A stretch of 32,000 nt of DNA from Pseudodesulfovibrio piezophilus C1TLV30 (lineage in GTDB: Bacteria > Desulfobacterota > Desulfovibrionia > Desulfovibrionales > Desulfovibrionaceae): assembly GCF_000341895.1 (NCBI RefSeq), contig NC_020409.1:390001-422000 (forward strand), in the 5' to 3' direction. The position numbers and the translations under genes were made by a program. Shown here piece by piece: positions 8,773-17,630 of this stretch. Below the pieces are notes generated by a model. The model worked only from the letters and a program-made list of their open reading frames with translations, searched no databases and was not told the origin of the DNA. Numbering within the stretch: the first letter of the stretch is position 1; the number at the start of each line of letters is the position of its first letter.

Positions 8773-9333
8773 CTATACAGTCAGTCCAACCTCTGGGGCA
8801 ATTTTTTTGATGGAATCAAGAGCTATCTGCAAAAAATCTCCAAGCTCCAACCCAATTTCATTACACTCTCGAATACAGTCTCGGCTAACACTTGCGGCAA
8901 AAGCTTTATCTTTCATCTTTTTCTTGAGGCTTTTTGTCTTCATACCCTCAATTTTCGTCGGACGGACAAGAGCTCCAGCGTGGATGAGACCAGTGACAGT
9001 CTCACCGCAACGAAGGGCGTGATCAAAAAGGGTGTTGGGGGCTTCAGCCCCATTCATTTCAGAAGCATGTCGCTTAATAGCGTTCAGAGCATCTTCCGGG
9101 AGCTTTCCATGGAGAAGCTCAGTCGAGTGTATTCCATGTTTGGCGGGGTTTTCTTTTGTTGTGGCATAGTCCAGGTCATGAAGAAGTCCAGTTATTCCCC
9201 AAAGTTCTTCATCTTGACCGAGATGGTTGGCCAGTCCTCGCATCACTGCTTCAGATTCAAGAGCATGGTTGATTAAGCTTTCATCAATGTTCTGTTGGCG
9301 AAGTAATTCCAGTGCGTCGAGACGTGAGATCAT
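8773..9333 (-). CDS. HD-domain metal-dependent phosphohydrolase (small HDIG/COG2316-like)
   Basis: 186 aa. An H...HD signature is present (INHALESEAV ... GLLHDLDY), with later His residues (KHG, KRHA). Confidence 0.65.
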   Translation of the reverse strand: MISRLDALELLRQQNIDESLINHALESEAVMRGLANHLGQDEELWGITGLLHDLDYATTKENPAKHGIHSTELLHGKLPEDALNAIKRHASEMNGAEAPNTLFDHALRCGETVTGLIHAGALVRPTKIEGMKTKSLKKKMKDKAFAASVSRDCIRECNEIGLELGDFLQIALDSIKKIAPEVGLTV

Positions 9334-9444
9334 TTGATTCTCCTCTTTGGCTATCTTGGTTGAATGGGCTTACAAGATTAGAATAATGAGCCTCTTGTCC
9401 CGTGTATAGAGACAGATTATTACAAAATAGAGGTAACAGATAAG

Positions 9445-10395
9445 TTAGTCTAACCAACATGCAGTTTGGATTTGGGAATCCACATTCTTCAATTCAGGTT
9501 TTATTACAGCACATTTTTCAAAAGCATAAGGGCAGCGAGGATGAAAAGGACACCCTCTAGGAGGGGCTAAGGGGCTTGGGAGATCTCCATTCAAGAGAAT
9601 CTGTTGTGATTGCGCTTCGGGGTCTGGCGCTAGAACTGCAGAGAGGAGAGCCTGCGTATAAGGATGTCGAGGAAATTCAAAGAGAATTTGAGCAGGGCCA
9701 ACTTCCATGATTCTTCCCAAATACATGACAGCGACTTGATCTGCAATGTGACTGATCACTGAAAGATCATGTGAAATGAAGACATATGTCAACTTGAATT
9801 GTGTCTGAATGTCTTTAAGCAGTGTCAAAATTTGAGCCTGTACGGAAACATCTAGAGCCGAAACAGGTTCATCGCAAACAATAAGGTTAGGATTGAGGGC
9901 GAGGGCGCGGGCTATGGCTATTCTTTGCCTCTGCCCACCTGAAAATTCATGTGGATATCGCTGAGCATGCTCTGGAAGAAGACCAACCAGTTTGAGCGTC
10001 TCGTTTACTTTGAGAATTCTGTCTTTCGGGGAGCCAATATGGTGGATATCGAGTCCTTCCCGGATGATCGCGCCAACTTTATGGCGGGGATTGAGTGAGG
10101 AATACGGATCTTGGAAGATCATCTGTATTTTCCGGCGAAGTTTCTTTTCATCCCAGGAATTAATTGTTTTATCTTCGAAACGAATTTCGCCAGCAGTTAA
10201 TTTCTCCAGGCCCATAATGCATTTGGCTAATGTAGATTTCCCACAGCCGGATTCTCCTACCAGCCCAAGAGTTTTTCCTTTCTCAACTGATAAATTGATA
10301 TTATCCACTGCCCTGAGTTCTCCAGATTGAAGTCCTAACAAGCCACTGGTTATCTTAAAGGATTTATGAGTATTAGTAAGCTCAAGTAAAGCCAT
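9445..10395 (-). CDS. Oligopeptide/dipeptide-type ABC transporter ATP-binding protein (OppF/DppF-like)
   Basis: 316 aa. Walker A GESGCGKST, signature FSGGQRQR and Walker B IVCDEPVSALD are present. The Cys-rich Opp C-terminal region reads GCPFHPRCPYAFEKC...ACW. Confidence 0.85.
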   Translation of the reverse strand: MALLELTNTHKSFKITSGLLGLQSGELRAVDNINLSVEKGKTLGLVGESGCGKSTLAKCIMGLEKLTAGEIRFEDKTINSWDEKKLRRKIQMIFQDPYSSLNPRHKVGAIIREGLDIHHIGSPKDRILKVNETLKLVGLLPEHAQRYPHEFSGGQRQRIAIARALALNPNLIVCDEPVSALDVSVQAQILTLLKDIQTQFKLTYVFISHDLSVISHIADQVAVMYLGRIMEVGPAQILFEFPRHPYTQALLSAVLAPDPEAQSQQILLNGDLPSPLAPPRGCPFHPRCPYAFEKCAVIKPELKNVDSQIQTACWLD

Positions 10396-10407
10396 TGAAG
10401 GAATCTC

Positions 10408-11385
10408 CTAATCGTAAAGCCAGCAACGAACGAGATGACCTTGTTCCAATTCTGCAAGAGGAGGAATTTGCTGGGAGCATTTTGTGTAAGCTTTCGGACA
10501 CCTGGGGTGGAAGCGGCACCCCTTGGGAAGATTGAAAATACTTGGTACAATGCCTCTAATAGGATGTAGTCTTGATGTGTCTCCCATAACAGGAGTCGAG
10601 GAAAGAAGTCCTTGAGTATATGGATGAAGAGGATTTTTGAAGATACTCCTAACCGAAGAGAGTTCAACTATTTTACCGGAATACATCACTGCTACTCGCT
10701 GTGCCATCCGTGCGACAACACCAAGATCGTGGGTTATGAGTAGAAGAGAGCCATTCATGCGGGCTTTAAGATTGTTCATGAGATCAAGAATCTGCGCTTG
10801 GATCGTTACATCAAGTGCTGTGGTTGGCTCATCAGCAACAAGTATTTCTGGGTTGCACGCCAATGCCATTGCAATCATGACCCTTTGTCTCATTCCACCT
10901 GAGAGTTCATGAGGATACGTCTTGGCAACTTGAGAGGCGTTGGGAATACCGACCAAGGCGAGTGATTCGATTGATTTTTCCAATGCTTCATACTTGTCGA
11001 ACCCTTGGTGGAGTCTCAACGGTTCTGCAATTTGGTTATCAATACGAAAAACAGGATTGAGAGCTGTCATTGGTTCCTGGAAAACCATTGAAATAGCATT
11101 TCCTCTTATCTTGCGAAGTTCCTTTTCCGACTTCTCAAGGAGATCTTCTTCCTTGTATAGAATTGTCCCCTCTGTAATACGTCCAGGAGGATCGGGGATC
11201 AGGCCCAAGATTGAAAGAGCAAGGACTGTTTTTCCACAGCCGGACTCTCCTACAACTGCAAGGGTTTCTCCTTGCATTAAGGAAAGGCTGACGGTATCCA
11301 CCGCCTTGGCGATACCTTGCGGGGATGAAAAGCAGGTTGTTAATTCCTGTATGTCCAGAAGAGTGTTGCTCATCATTGATTCCAA
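10408..11385 (-). CDS. Oligopeptide/dipeptide-type ABC transporter ATP-binding protein (OppD/DppD-like)
   Basis: 325 aa. Walker A GESGCGKT, signature LSGGMRQR and Walker B LVADEPTTALD are present. The C-terminal region reads GCRFHPRCPKAYTKC...RCW. A 12-nt gap containing GGAG separates it from the next ATPase gene. Confidence 0.85.
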   Translation of the reverse strand: MESMMSNTLLDIQELTTCFSSPQGIAKAVDTVSLSLMQGETLAVVGESGCGKTVLALSILGLIPDPPGRITEGTILYKEEDLLEKSEKELRKIRGNAISMVFQEPMTALNPVFRIDNQIAEPLRLHQGFDKYEALEKSIESLALVGIPNASQVAKTYPHELSGGMRQRVMIAMALACNPEILVADEPTTALDVTIQAQILDLMNNLKARMNGSLLLITHDLGVVARMAQRVAVMYSGKIVELSSVRSIFKNPLHPYTQGLLSSTPVMGDTSRLHPIRGIVPSIFNLPKGCRFHPRCPKAYTKCSQQIPPLAELEQGHLVRCWLYD

Positions 11386-11450
11386 AGAGTTACCGTTTTT
11401 ATTCTTATACTGTATAAAGCGGTGAACGTAAACGATATCGGGGAGATGAA

Positions 11451-12782
11451 ATGGCGAAAATCATCATCGTTGGCGGCGGCTTGGCCGGAGCGGAGTGTGC
11501 ATGGCAATTAGCTCGAACAGGGCACCGGGTGGAGCTTTTTGAAATGAAGCCGGAAAAGCGGTCTGAAGCGCATATGGAAGACGGTCTTGCCGAGCTCGTT
11601 TGTTCAAATTCTTTTAGAGCAACAGGTGAAAGTGCCGCCATAGGACTCCTGAAAGAGGAAATGACTGAATTAGGTAGTCTTATCATGGAAGCTGCTTACG
11701 CTACCCGGGTTCCTGCTGGCGGAGCTTTGGCTGTGGATAGATCTCTTTTCTCCGCATATGTTACAAGTGCAATAAACCAAAATGAGAATATTGAAGTTGT
11801 TCATAAAGAAATAACCACACTCGATTCAGAAGAACTCCGGAAAGGAGACGCAGTCATCATAGCGGCGGGGCCTCTTGCCAGTCCAAGTTTGACGACCAGT
11901 TTAATGGATATTGTTGGGGATGAACGGCTATACTTCTATGACGCTATAGCACCAATTGTTTCTCGCGATTCAATCGATTTTTCTAAGGCTTTTTGGGGTT
12001 CCCGTTGGAAGCCCGAGGACCATGACTATTTGAATTGCCCAATGTCCGAAGAAGAATATAAGGCATTTGTAGCGGCGCTGCTTGCAGGCGAAAAGGTCAA
12101 GCCCCGCGAGTTTGAAAAAGTGATTCACTTTGAGGCATGTCTTCCGGTTGAAGCGATGGCGGAGCGTGGAGAAATGACTCTCGCTTTCGGCCCTCTCAAG
12201 CCTGTAGGCTTCATTGATCCAGAGACAGGGGAGCGTCCCTTCGCCATTGTGCAATTGCGAACAGAAAATAAGGATAAAACGGCATTTAATCTTGTTGGAT
12301 TCCAAACGAAACTGACATATCCCGACCAGAAAAAAGTTTTTCGTATGATTCCAGGATTAGAAAAAGCCGAATTCCTGAGGTTGGGATCAATTCATCGGAA
12401 TACATACGTCAATGCTCCAGATGTTCTGGATAGCGCAATGCAACTCAAAGCACGCTCGGGAATCTACCTTACAGGACAGATTACCGGCGTTGAGGGCTAT
12501 CTCGAGTCGGCTGCATCAGGCCTTTGGCTTGGAATATCCTTAGGGAAACAGTTCAATGGAAAACCTACTCCAAAGACTCCACCTCTCGAAACAGCTCTTG
12601 GTGCTCTTTTAAGTCATTTGAGAATCAAAACGGATAAATCTTTTCAGCCCTCCAATGTTAACTTCGGGCTTATGCCAGGACTTCAGAAGAAGATGAAAAA
12701 GAAATATCGTAAAGAAGCCTATGGAATACGTGCACGGGCTTCATTCTCTCAATGGTTCTCAGAAAATTTTGTCAGTGAATAA
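11451..12782 (+). CDS. trmFO: Methylenetetrahydrofolate--tRNA-(uracil54-C5)-methyltransferase (FAD-dependent)
   Basis: 443 aa. The N-terminal FAD fold is IIIVGGGLAGAECAWQLA. LVCSNSFR and later GQITGVEGYLESAASG are typical of TrmFO/Gid. Confidence 0.85.
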   Translation: MAKIIIVGGGLAGAECAWQLARTGHRVELFEMKPEKRSEAHMEDGLAELVCSNSFRATGESAAIGLLKEEMTELGSLIMEAAYATRVPAGGALAVDRSLFSAYVTSAINQNENIEVVHKEITTLDSEELRKGDAVIIAAGPLASPSLTTSLMDIVGDERLYFYDAIAPIVSRDSIDFSKAFWGSRWKPEDHDYLNCPMSEEEYKAFVAALLAGEKVKPREFEKVIHFEACLPVEAMAERGEMTLAFGPLKPVGFIDPETGERPFAIVQLRTENKDKTAFNLVGFQTKLTYPDQKKVFRMIPGLEKAEFLRLGSIHRNTYVNAPDVLDSAMQLKARSGIYLTGQITGVEGYLESAASGLWLGISLGKQFNGKPTPKTPPLETALGALLSHLRIKTDKSFQPSNVNFGLMPGLQKKMKKKYRKEAYGIRARASFSQWFSENFVSE

Positions 12783-13010
12783 TCATTTTAAAACGGTCTG
12801 TTTTTGACAATATTTATTCCGTGAAAGGCGTGAAGTTCTTCTGTCTTTTTCAAGAGAAAGTGTATCCATTGGATCGGGTTATGTCGTGTATAATGAATTG
12901 CTATGGGCTGGGTGTTGCCCAATGCTGAGCTTTTCAGCATTGTATTTGAGTGCTTTTTATAAATTCATACCGAGTTTATGACAACATTTAACCCTATGGA
13001 GTGAGTCCCC

Positions 13011-14321
13011 ATGGTTGATAAGAAGTATGGCCCCCAAACCCAGGCTCTTCACGCTGGGCATACCCCGGATAGTGATACAGGCTCCAGAGCAGTCCCCATT
13101 CATTTGACAACGGCATATTTGTTTAATGACACACAGCATGCTGCTGATCTTTTTGCCCTTAAAGAACCGGGATACATATACTCGAGAATAATGAATCCGA
13201 CGACTGATGTATTGGAAAAAAGATTGGCCGCATTGCATAATGCCGCCGGTGCTCTCGCTGTGGCGTCAGGAATGAGTGCTATTTTTTATTCTGTGGTCAA
13301 TATAACTTCTGCCGGACAAAATATTGTTTCTGGGTCCAATATATACGGTGGTACACAGACTTTGTTCGAGCATACCTTGAAACGATTTGGCATTGAAGTG
13401 CGTTTTGTTGACTCTTCTGATCCTGCTCATTTTGCAGCTGCCATTGATGAAAATACCAGGTTGGTATTCAGTGAGTCGATTGGGAATCCAAGCTGTAATG
13501 TTGATGATCTTCAAGGTATAGCTCAAGTTGCACACGCTAATGGGATACCTTTTGTTCTTGATGCCACGGTATCACCCCCACCTATTTTCAATCCATTTGA
13601 TTTTGGTTGTGACATCGCAGTGTATTCTTTGACTAAGATTATTGGTGGACATGGTGCTGCTATGGGAGGGGCTATTGTTGAAAAGGGAGATTTCAAATGG
13701 GGGGCAGATAATAAATTCCCTGAGCTGACAACTCCTGATGTGACCTATAATAATATTAATTTATGGGAAGAGCTTGGTGGAGCAGATGGTACATCCTGTC
13801 CCATTTTTGTCACTAAAGCTCGGATCGGGTTATTGCGTGATACAGGTGCGGCTTTATCCCCCATGAATAGTTTTCAAATCCTTCAAGGTTTGGAAACGTT
13901 ACCATTGCGGGCTATGAAGCATTGTGAAAATGCCCTCAAGGTGGCTGAATTTCTTGAATCTCATTACGCTGTTGAATGGGTGAATTACGCAGGATTGCCG
14001 AGTCATAGTGATTACGATCGTTCGAAAAACACATTCCCGTTTGGTCCTGGATCAGTCTTTGGTTTTGGTGTTAAGGGAGGGCTCGAAGCAGGCAAAGTGT
14101 TCATTGAATCTGTGAAGCTTTGCTCCCATTTGGCAAATATTCTCGATGCCAAGACCCTCGTGATTCACCCTGCGACAACAACGCATGGACAATCAACACC
14201 CGAGGAACAGCTTGCTGCAGGAGTGCCTGTGGACTTGATCCGTATTTCCGTCGGCCTGGAAGATGTAGAAGATATTCTCGATGATTTGGATCAGGCTCTG
14301 TCGCGAGCCTCATCAATCTGA
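13011..14321 (+). CDS. metY: O-acetylhomoserine sulfhydrylase / aminocarboxypropyltransferase (PLP-dependent, Cys/Met metabolism family)
   Basis: 436 aa. TQALHAGHTPD, YSRIMNPT, the PLP-Lys region YSLTKIIGGHG and the C-terminal IRISVGLEDVEDILDDL are present. A GGAGTGAG ribosome-binding site precedes the ATG. Confidence 0.85.
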   Translation: MVDKKYGPQTQALHAGHTPDSDTGSRAVPIHLTTAYLFNDTQHAADLFALKEPGYIYSRIMNPTTDVLEKRLAALHNAAGALAVASGMSAIFYSVVNITSAGQNIVSGSNIYGGTQTLFEHTLKRFGIEVRFVDSSDPAHFAAAIDENTRLVFSESIGNPSCNVDDLQGIAQVAHANGIPFVLDATVSPPPIFNPFDFGCDIAVYSLTKIIGGHGAAMGGAIVEKGDFKWGADNKFPELTTPDVTYNNINLWEELGGADGTSCPIFVTKARIGLLRDTGAALSPMNSFQILQGLETLPLRAMKHCENALKVAEFLESHYAVEWVNYAGLPSHSDYDRSKNTFPFGPGSVFGFGVKGGLEAGKVFIESVKLCSHLANILDAKTLVIHPATTTHGQSTPEEQLAAGVPVDLIRISVGLEDVEDILDDLDQALSRASSI

Positions 14322-14340
14322 ATTTATATCTTACAAAAGG

Positions 14341-14376
14341 AAAGGCTTTCACTGTTGGGTGAAAGCCTTTTTTTTT
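14341..14376 (+). terminator. Rho-independent terminator of metY
   Basis: Perfect 12-bp stem AAAGGCTTTCAC / GTGAAAGCCTTT with a 6-nt loop. The stem runs directly into a T-run (the last three stem bases and TTTTTT, through 14376). It lies about 20 nt after the metY stop. Confidence 0.85.
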
Positions 14377-14484
14377 GTCGAGACAAAGATAAATGCGCTT
14401 TGTCCATGATTCTTAGAACAAAATAAAATTACAAGGTCTTTGTAAAATTATTCATTATTGAAGGCTTTTAATTATTACAAATGT

Positions 14485-14513
14485 TTGACCTGTATTAAAT
14501 GCACTGATAAATA
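14485..14513 (+). promoter_or_regulatory. Candidate sigma70-type promoter for the lipoprotein protease/TraT-like pair
   Basis: TTGACC (14485-14490), an exact 17-nt spacer, then TAAATA (14508-14513). This sits in an AT-rich intergenic region about 40 nt upstream of the start codon. Confidence 0.45.
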
Positions 14514-14553
14514 GAAAGCCGTAAATAATCAACTAGATAGCTTGGAGGGGAGT

Positions 14554-16800
14554 GTGCAGGTTCTGTTTAGGTATTTTAAGGTTCTAATGTTTCTGTCTGT
14601 TTTGCTCAGTTTGCTGGCATGCCAAACAACAAAAGGGGGAAAAGTTTCATACAATCTTTTTTATACTCCTGCAGATCATATAGCAGAGTTGGTAGCAAAA
14701 CAGCAGTTTGATGATGCTTCGACAGTCTACGGGCAGAACAAGGACTGGTTTGTTGAGAAGATGGCTGATCCGGCAATTGCGGATCTGGTCAATACAGTGT
14801 CTACTCACCTGCAAAGTACGTATCGATCTGTAATCCAGACCAAGATGAGGAGTATTAAAGATTTAGAATGGCCTAGCTCTCGTGAGAAATGGATTGAAAT
14901 CAAAACAGAGATAGAACAATTTTCACGCGAAATTCATACTGCAGATGGAGTGCAGATTTTTAAAGATCCTCAGTTTCATCCGGCTTTTTTGGATGAGGCC
15001 AAAGAAATACTGAATACACAGATTGCCAAAATTAAAAATTCAGCTTCTGAACAATTTGCCTCATATCCAATTTTTGAAGAAGAAAATTTCTTTAATGTCT
15101 ACCCTGTTGAACTCGATGCTTCTGCCTTTTTGACTGAACAAAAAGTACTTTTGGAGAAGGAAATAGCACAAGCAAAAGGGAATGAGTTACTCAACTTTTA
15201 TAAGCAATATGAAGAATATCTAGCTGATGACGCGAAACGGCAGATCGGAGGTCTGTTCTTCAAATCATTATGTCCTTCAACGAAGAAAGCGGCATTGGCA
15301 ACCTTGATGGGAGCCTATGCCAAGACCTGCAAAGCTGGTTTAGAACTTGATGCCATTCCTGATGTCAAAGTTGCTTTTTTGGAGGTGACAAGTGATGCCT
15401 TAAAGGAGAAGGGGGGCATTGAATTTCCAGTCGGGGTCGATTTGGATATGCCTTTTACGGCTATCAATGGTTCTCTCAAGAAGGGATTCGATAATAAAGA
15501 AGTTAAAAGTGCTGATATCATCATCTTATTCAACCTGGCTGCTACTAAGACAAATCGTCATGTTGAAACTAGTAATTATATCAAATCAACATGTTTAACG
15601 GGGTACAAACAGGCCCTTAATCCTGAATGGGATGTTCTACAGGTTGAACTTCAGCAAGCGAATATGGAAATCATGACGTCAAATAATCGCTTGGATACAA
15701 GTTCAGGTAATATTTATAAGGTCTTGGGCAATAGCATTGCAAATCTATTGACTGAGTCAAAGCAAAATAAAGCAAAGCAAAAAATTGAAGATTTGAAGAC
15801 CAAGTTCCGAGAAACCCCGAGATATGTTGATGAACCCGTATATGGCGAATATGCTTTTCAGCGCGCAGAGATGGAAGTTATCAAGACTGGAACTGTCCAA
15901 TATTATGTCATTGATCAACGGACAAAACGATATCTCTCTGATTTTTTTGATGTTCACTCTCAAGAGTTTTTCACTGTTGCATATGGTCTAAGTGATACTG
16001 ATCCTAATCTGGAAACGCTCAAAAATACAAACGTTACTGAAGAAGCTGTTGATGCTTTTGAATCTGAACCTGTGACGGTAAAGCTCTCTGAGTTGCTTGA
16101 TCATTATTCAGGTAACAAAGCCAAGACAAAACGATATTCTTCCATCGCGCAAATCAGAAGAGATGTGGTTAAGAATCGCAACGTCATGTTGGCTTCTGCA
16201 AAGAAGAAAGAATTTGGCTTTGATAAGCAGAAAGATAGGCGTTTTGAAAGTGTTGTTGTTGTTAAAACGGCCACAGGTCTTGGAACCGGTTTTTATGTCA
16301 CAGATGATATTGTCCTCACTAACTACCACGTTGTTGAGGAGCAAAAGTTTGTTGAATTGGAAAAGTGGGGTGGGCTGGAAACTTTTGGCAAAGTTATCGC
16401 AAAGGATGTGCGTCTCGATCTTGCTTTGGTTAAGGTACAAGATCGTGGTGCACCTGTTGTATTTTATGGCAAGAAACAGTTGAATCTTGCGGAGACAGTC
16501 GAAGCTATCGGGCATCCGTTAGGAAATAAATTTACATTGACCCGAGGTGTTATCAGCACTCTGCGTAAGCATGAAAGCATCATGCGGGTAAAGGGGAAAC
16601 CTGTTATGTTTATTCAGACAGATACCCCGGTTAATGCGGGAAATTCCGGTGGGCCTCTTTTCCTTGGTAATTATGTTATCGGCGTCAATGATTGGGGCGT
16701 AAACAAGAATATCGCTGAAGGATTGAATTTCAGTATTCATTATTCAGAGGTTTTCAATTTCTTGGATGATAACAAAATAGCCTTTAAGAAAGGTAATTAG
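14554..16800 (+). CDS. Predicted lipoprotein with a large uncharacterised N-terminal region and a C-terminal trypsin-like (S1/Trypsin_2-type) serine protease domain
   Basis: The ORF is open from TTG at 14542. I prefer the GTG at 14554, which lies 5 nt after GGAGG. The signal peptide plus lipobox is FRYFKVLMFLSVLLSLLAC|Q. The catalytic triad is in canonical order (numbering from 14542): TNYH (His596, 16327-16329), RLDLALV (Asp626, 16417-16419) and GNSGGP (Ser702, 16645-16647). I recognise no motif in residues ~30-560. Confidence 0.8.
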   Translation: MQVLFRYFKVLMFLSVLLSLLACQTTKGGKVSYNLFYTPADHIAELVAKQQFDDASTVYGQNKDWFVEKMADPAIADLVNTVSTHLQSTYRSVIQTKMRSIKDLEWPSSREKWIEIKTEIEQFSREIHTADGVQIFKDPQFHPAFLDEAKEILNTQIAKIKNSASEQFASYPIFEEENFFNVYPVELDASAFLTEQKVLLEKEIAQAKGNELLNFYKQYEEYLADDAKRQIGGLFFKSLCPSTKKAALATLMGAYAKTCKAGLELDAIPDVKVAFLEVTSDALKEKGGIEFPVGVDLDMPFTAINGSLKKGFDNKEVKSADIIILFNLAATKTNRHVETSNYIKSTCLTGYKQALNPEWDVLQVELQQANMEIMTSNNRLDTSSGNIYKVLGNSIANLLTESKQNKAKQKIEDLKTKFRETPRYVDEPVYGEYAFQRAEMEVIKTGTVQYYVIDQRTKRYLSDFFDVHSQEFFTVAYGLSDTDPNLETLKNTNVTEEAVDAFESEPVTVKLSELLDHYSGNKAKTKRYSSIAQIRRDVVKNRNVMLASAKKKEFGFDKQKDRRFESVVVVKTATGLGTGFYVTDDIVLTNYHVVEEQKFVELEKWGGLETFGKVIAKDVRLDLALVKVQDRGAPVVFYGKKQLNLAETVEAIGHPLGNKFTLTRGVISTLRKHESIMRVKGKPVMFIQTDTPVNAGNSGGPLFLGNYVIGVNDWGVNKNIAEGLNFSIHYSEVFNFLDDNKIAFKKGN

Positions 16801-16802
16801 AT

Positions 16803-17552
16803 ATGACGATCAAGAACTTCTTCGCTGCAAGTGTCATTGTGCTCCTTATTGGATTGACTGCCTGTACTGCGTCGAAAAGCCGTATGGGGATGGTTCAAGC
16901 GGAAGACGGACTGATGTATGGTTCGAGAATGGACAAACAGTTTCTTGTCGATTCCAGTCTTTTTATCAATAATAAATTAAAACTGCGAATTCGAAATACT
17001 TCCGGTGATCCTGCTTTTGATATTCATGGTTTCAAAAAACGTTTGGAAAATGGTTATAGAGATTTGGGATATGAGCCAACTAATAGCAATGATTTCGGTA
17101 TACTTTTGGATATCAATGTTCGTTATTCCGGCCAGATTCAAGAGAATATGAGTAATCAGTTCAAGTTTGCAGGGGGAGCTCTTGGGGGTGTGGCTGGTGC
17201 TTATGATCCGGCAACAGAAGGTAAATTGGGTGAAACAGTTGCTAAGGGGGCAGCTGGCGCTGTCGCAGGGGCGACAATAGGGTATATTCTGGGAAGTTAT
17301 ATGACAGATGATACCTATATAATTATTTCCGATATTACTCTGGCCACTTTAGCGCCCAGAGAGGATGCCGATGGTACAACAATTGTTTTTGGCAAAAAGA
17401 AGATTTCTCGAAAGAAAAACAATTTTCGAGGATATCGTCAAAGAAGTACGGCCAAGCTTGCTGTCTACGCTGGCGGGAGAAATGTGGATCAATCAGAAAT
17501 AACCGACGGTGTGCGCGGGCGCATGTTGAGTATTCTCAGGGATGTTCTCTAG
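16803..17552 (+). CDS. TraT-family (complement-resistance / surface-exclusion-like) outer-membrane lipoprotein
   Basis: 249 aa. The lipobox is LIGLTAC (Cys21). From memory, it is collinear with F-plasmid TraT: LRIRNTSGD vs IKNTSDKD, a Gly-zipper AGGALGGVAGA...GAAGAVAGATIGY vs GAAVGAALGAGITGY, YIIISDITLA vs YTMITDVQIA, and the C-terminal ...RMLSILRDVL vs ...LAKSIANIL. It starts 2 nt after the protease stop. Confidence 0.7.
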   Translation: MTIKNFFAASVIVLLIGLTACTASKSRMGMVQAEDGLMYGSRMDKQFLVDSSLFINNKLKLRIRNTSGDPAFDIHGFKKRLENGYRDLGYEPTNSNDFGILLDINVRYSGQIQENMSNQFKFAGGALGGVAGAYDPATEGKLGETVAKGAAGAVAGATIGYILGSYMTDDTYIIISDITLATLAPREDADGTTIVFGKKKISRKKNNFRGYRQRSTAKLAVYAGGRNVDQSEITDGVRGRMLSILRDVL

Positions 17553-17584
17553 CTTGCTGTTTGAAAAATAACAGCTTGTTTTTT
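17553..17584 (+). terminator. Weak candidate terminator after the TraT-like gene
   Basis: 6-bp stem GCTGTT / AACAGC (17556-17561 / 17570-17575) with an 8-nt loop, followed by TTGTTTTTT. Confidence 0.35.
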
Positions 17585-17630
17585 AGTATAGCATCCTCCA
17601 AATACCAGGGTGTTTTGAGAAATGTAAAAG

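Noticed and set aside
12783-13010. Possible SAM (S-box) riboswitch upstream of metY
   Set aside because: 'CAAGAGAAAG' superficially resembles the S-box start. I could not find the conserved GGTGGAGGGACTGGCCC...core or the four-helix arrangement. Only one short hairpin is evident. I kept the region as a low-interest leader observation instead.
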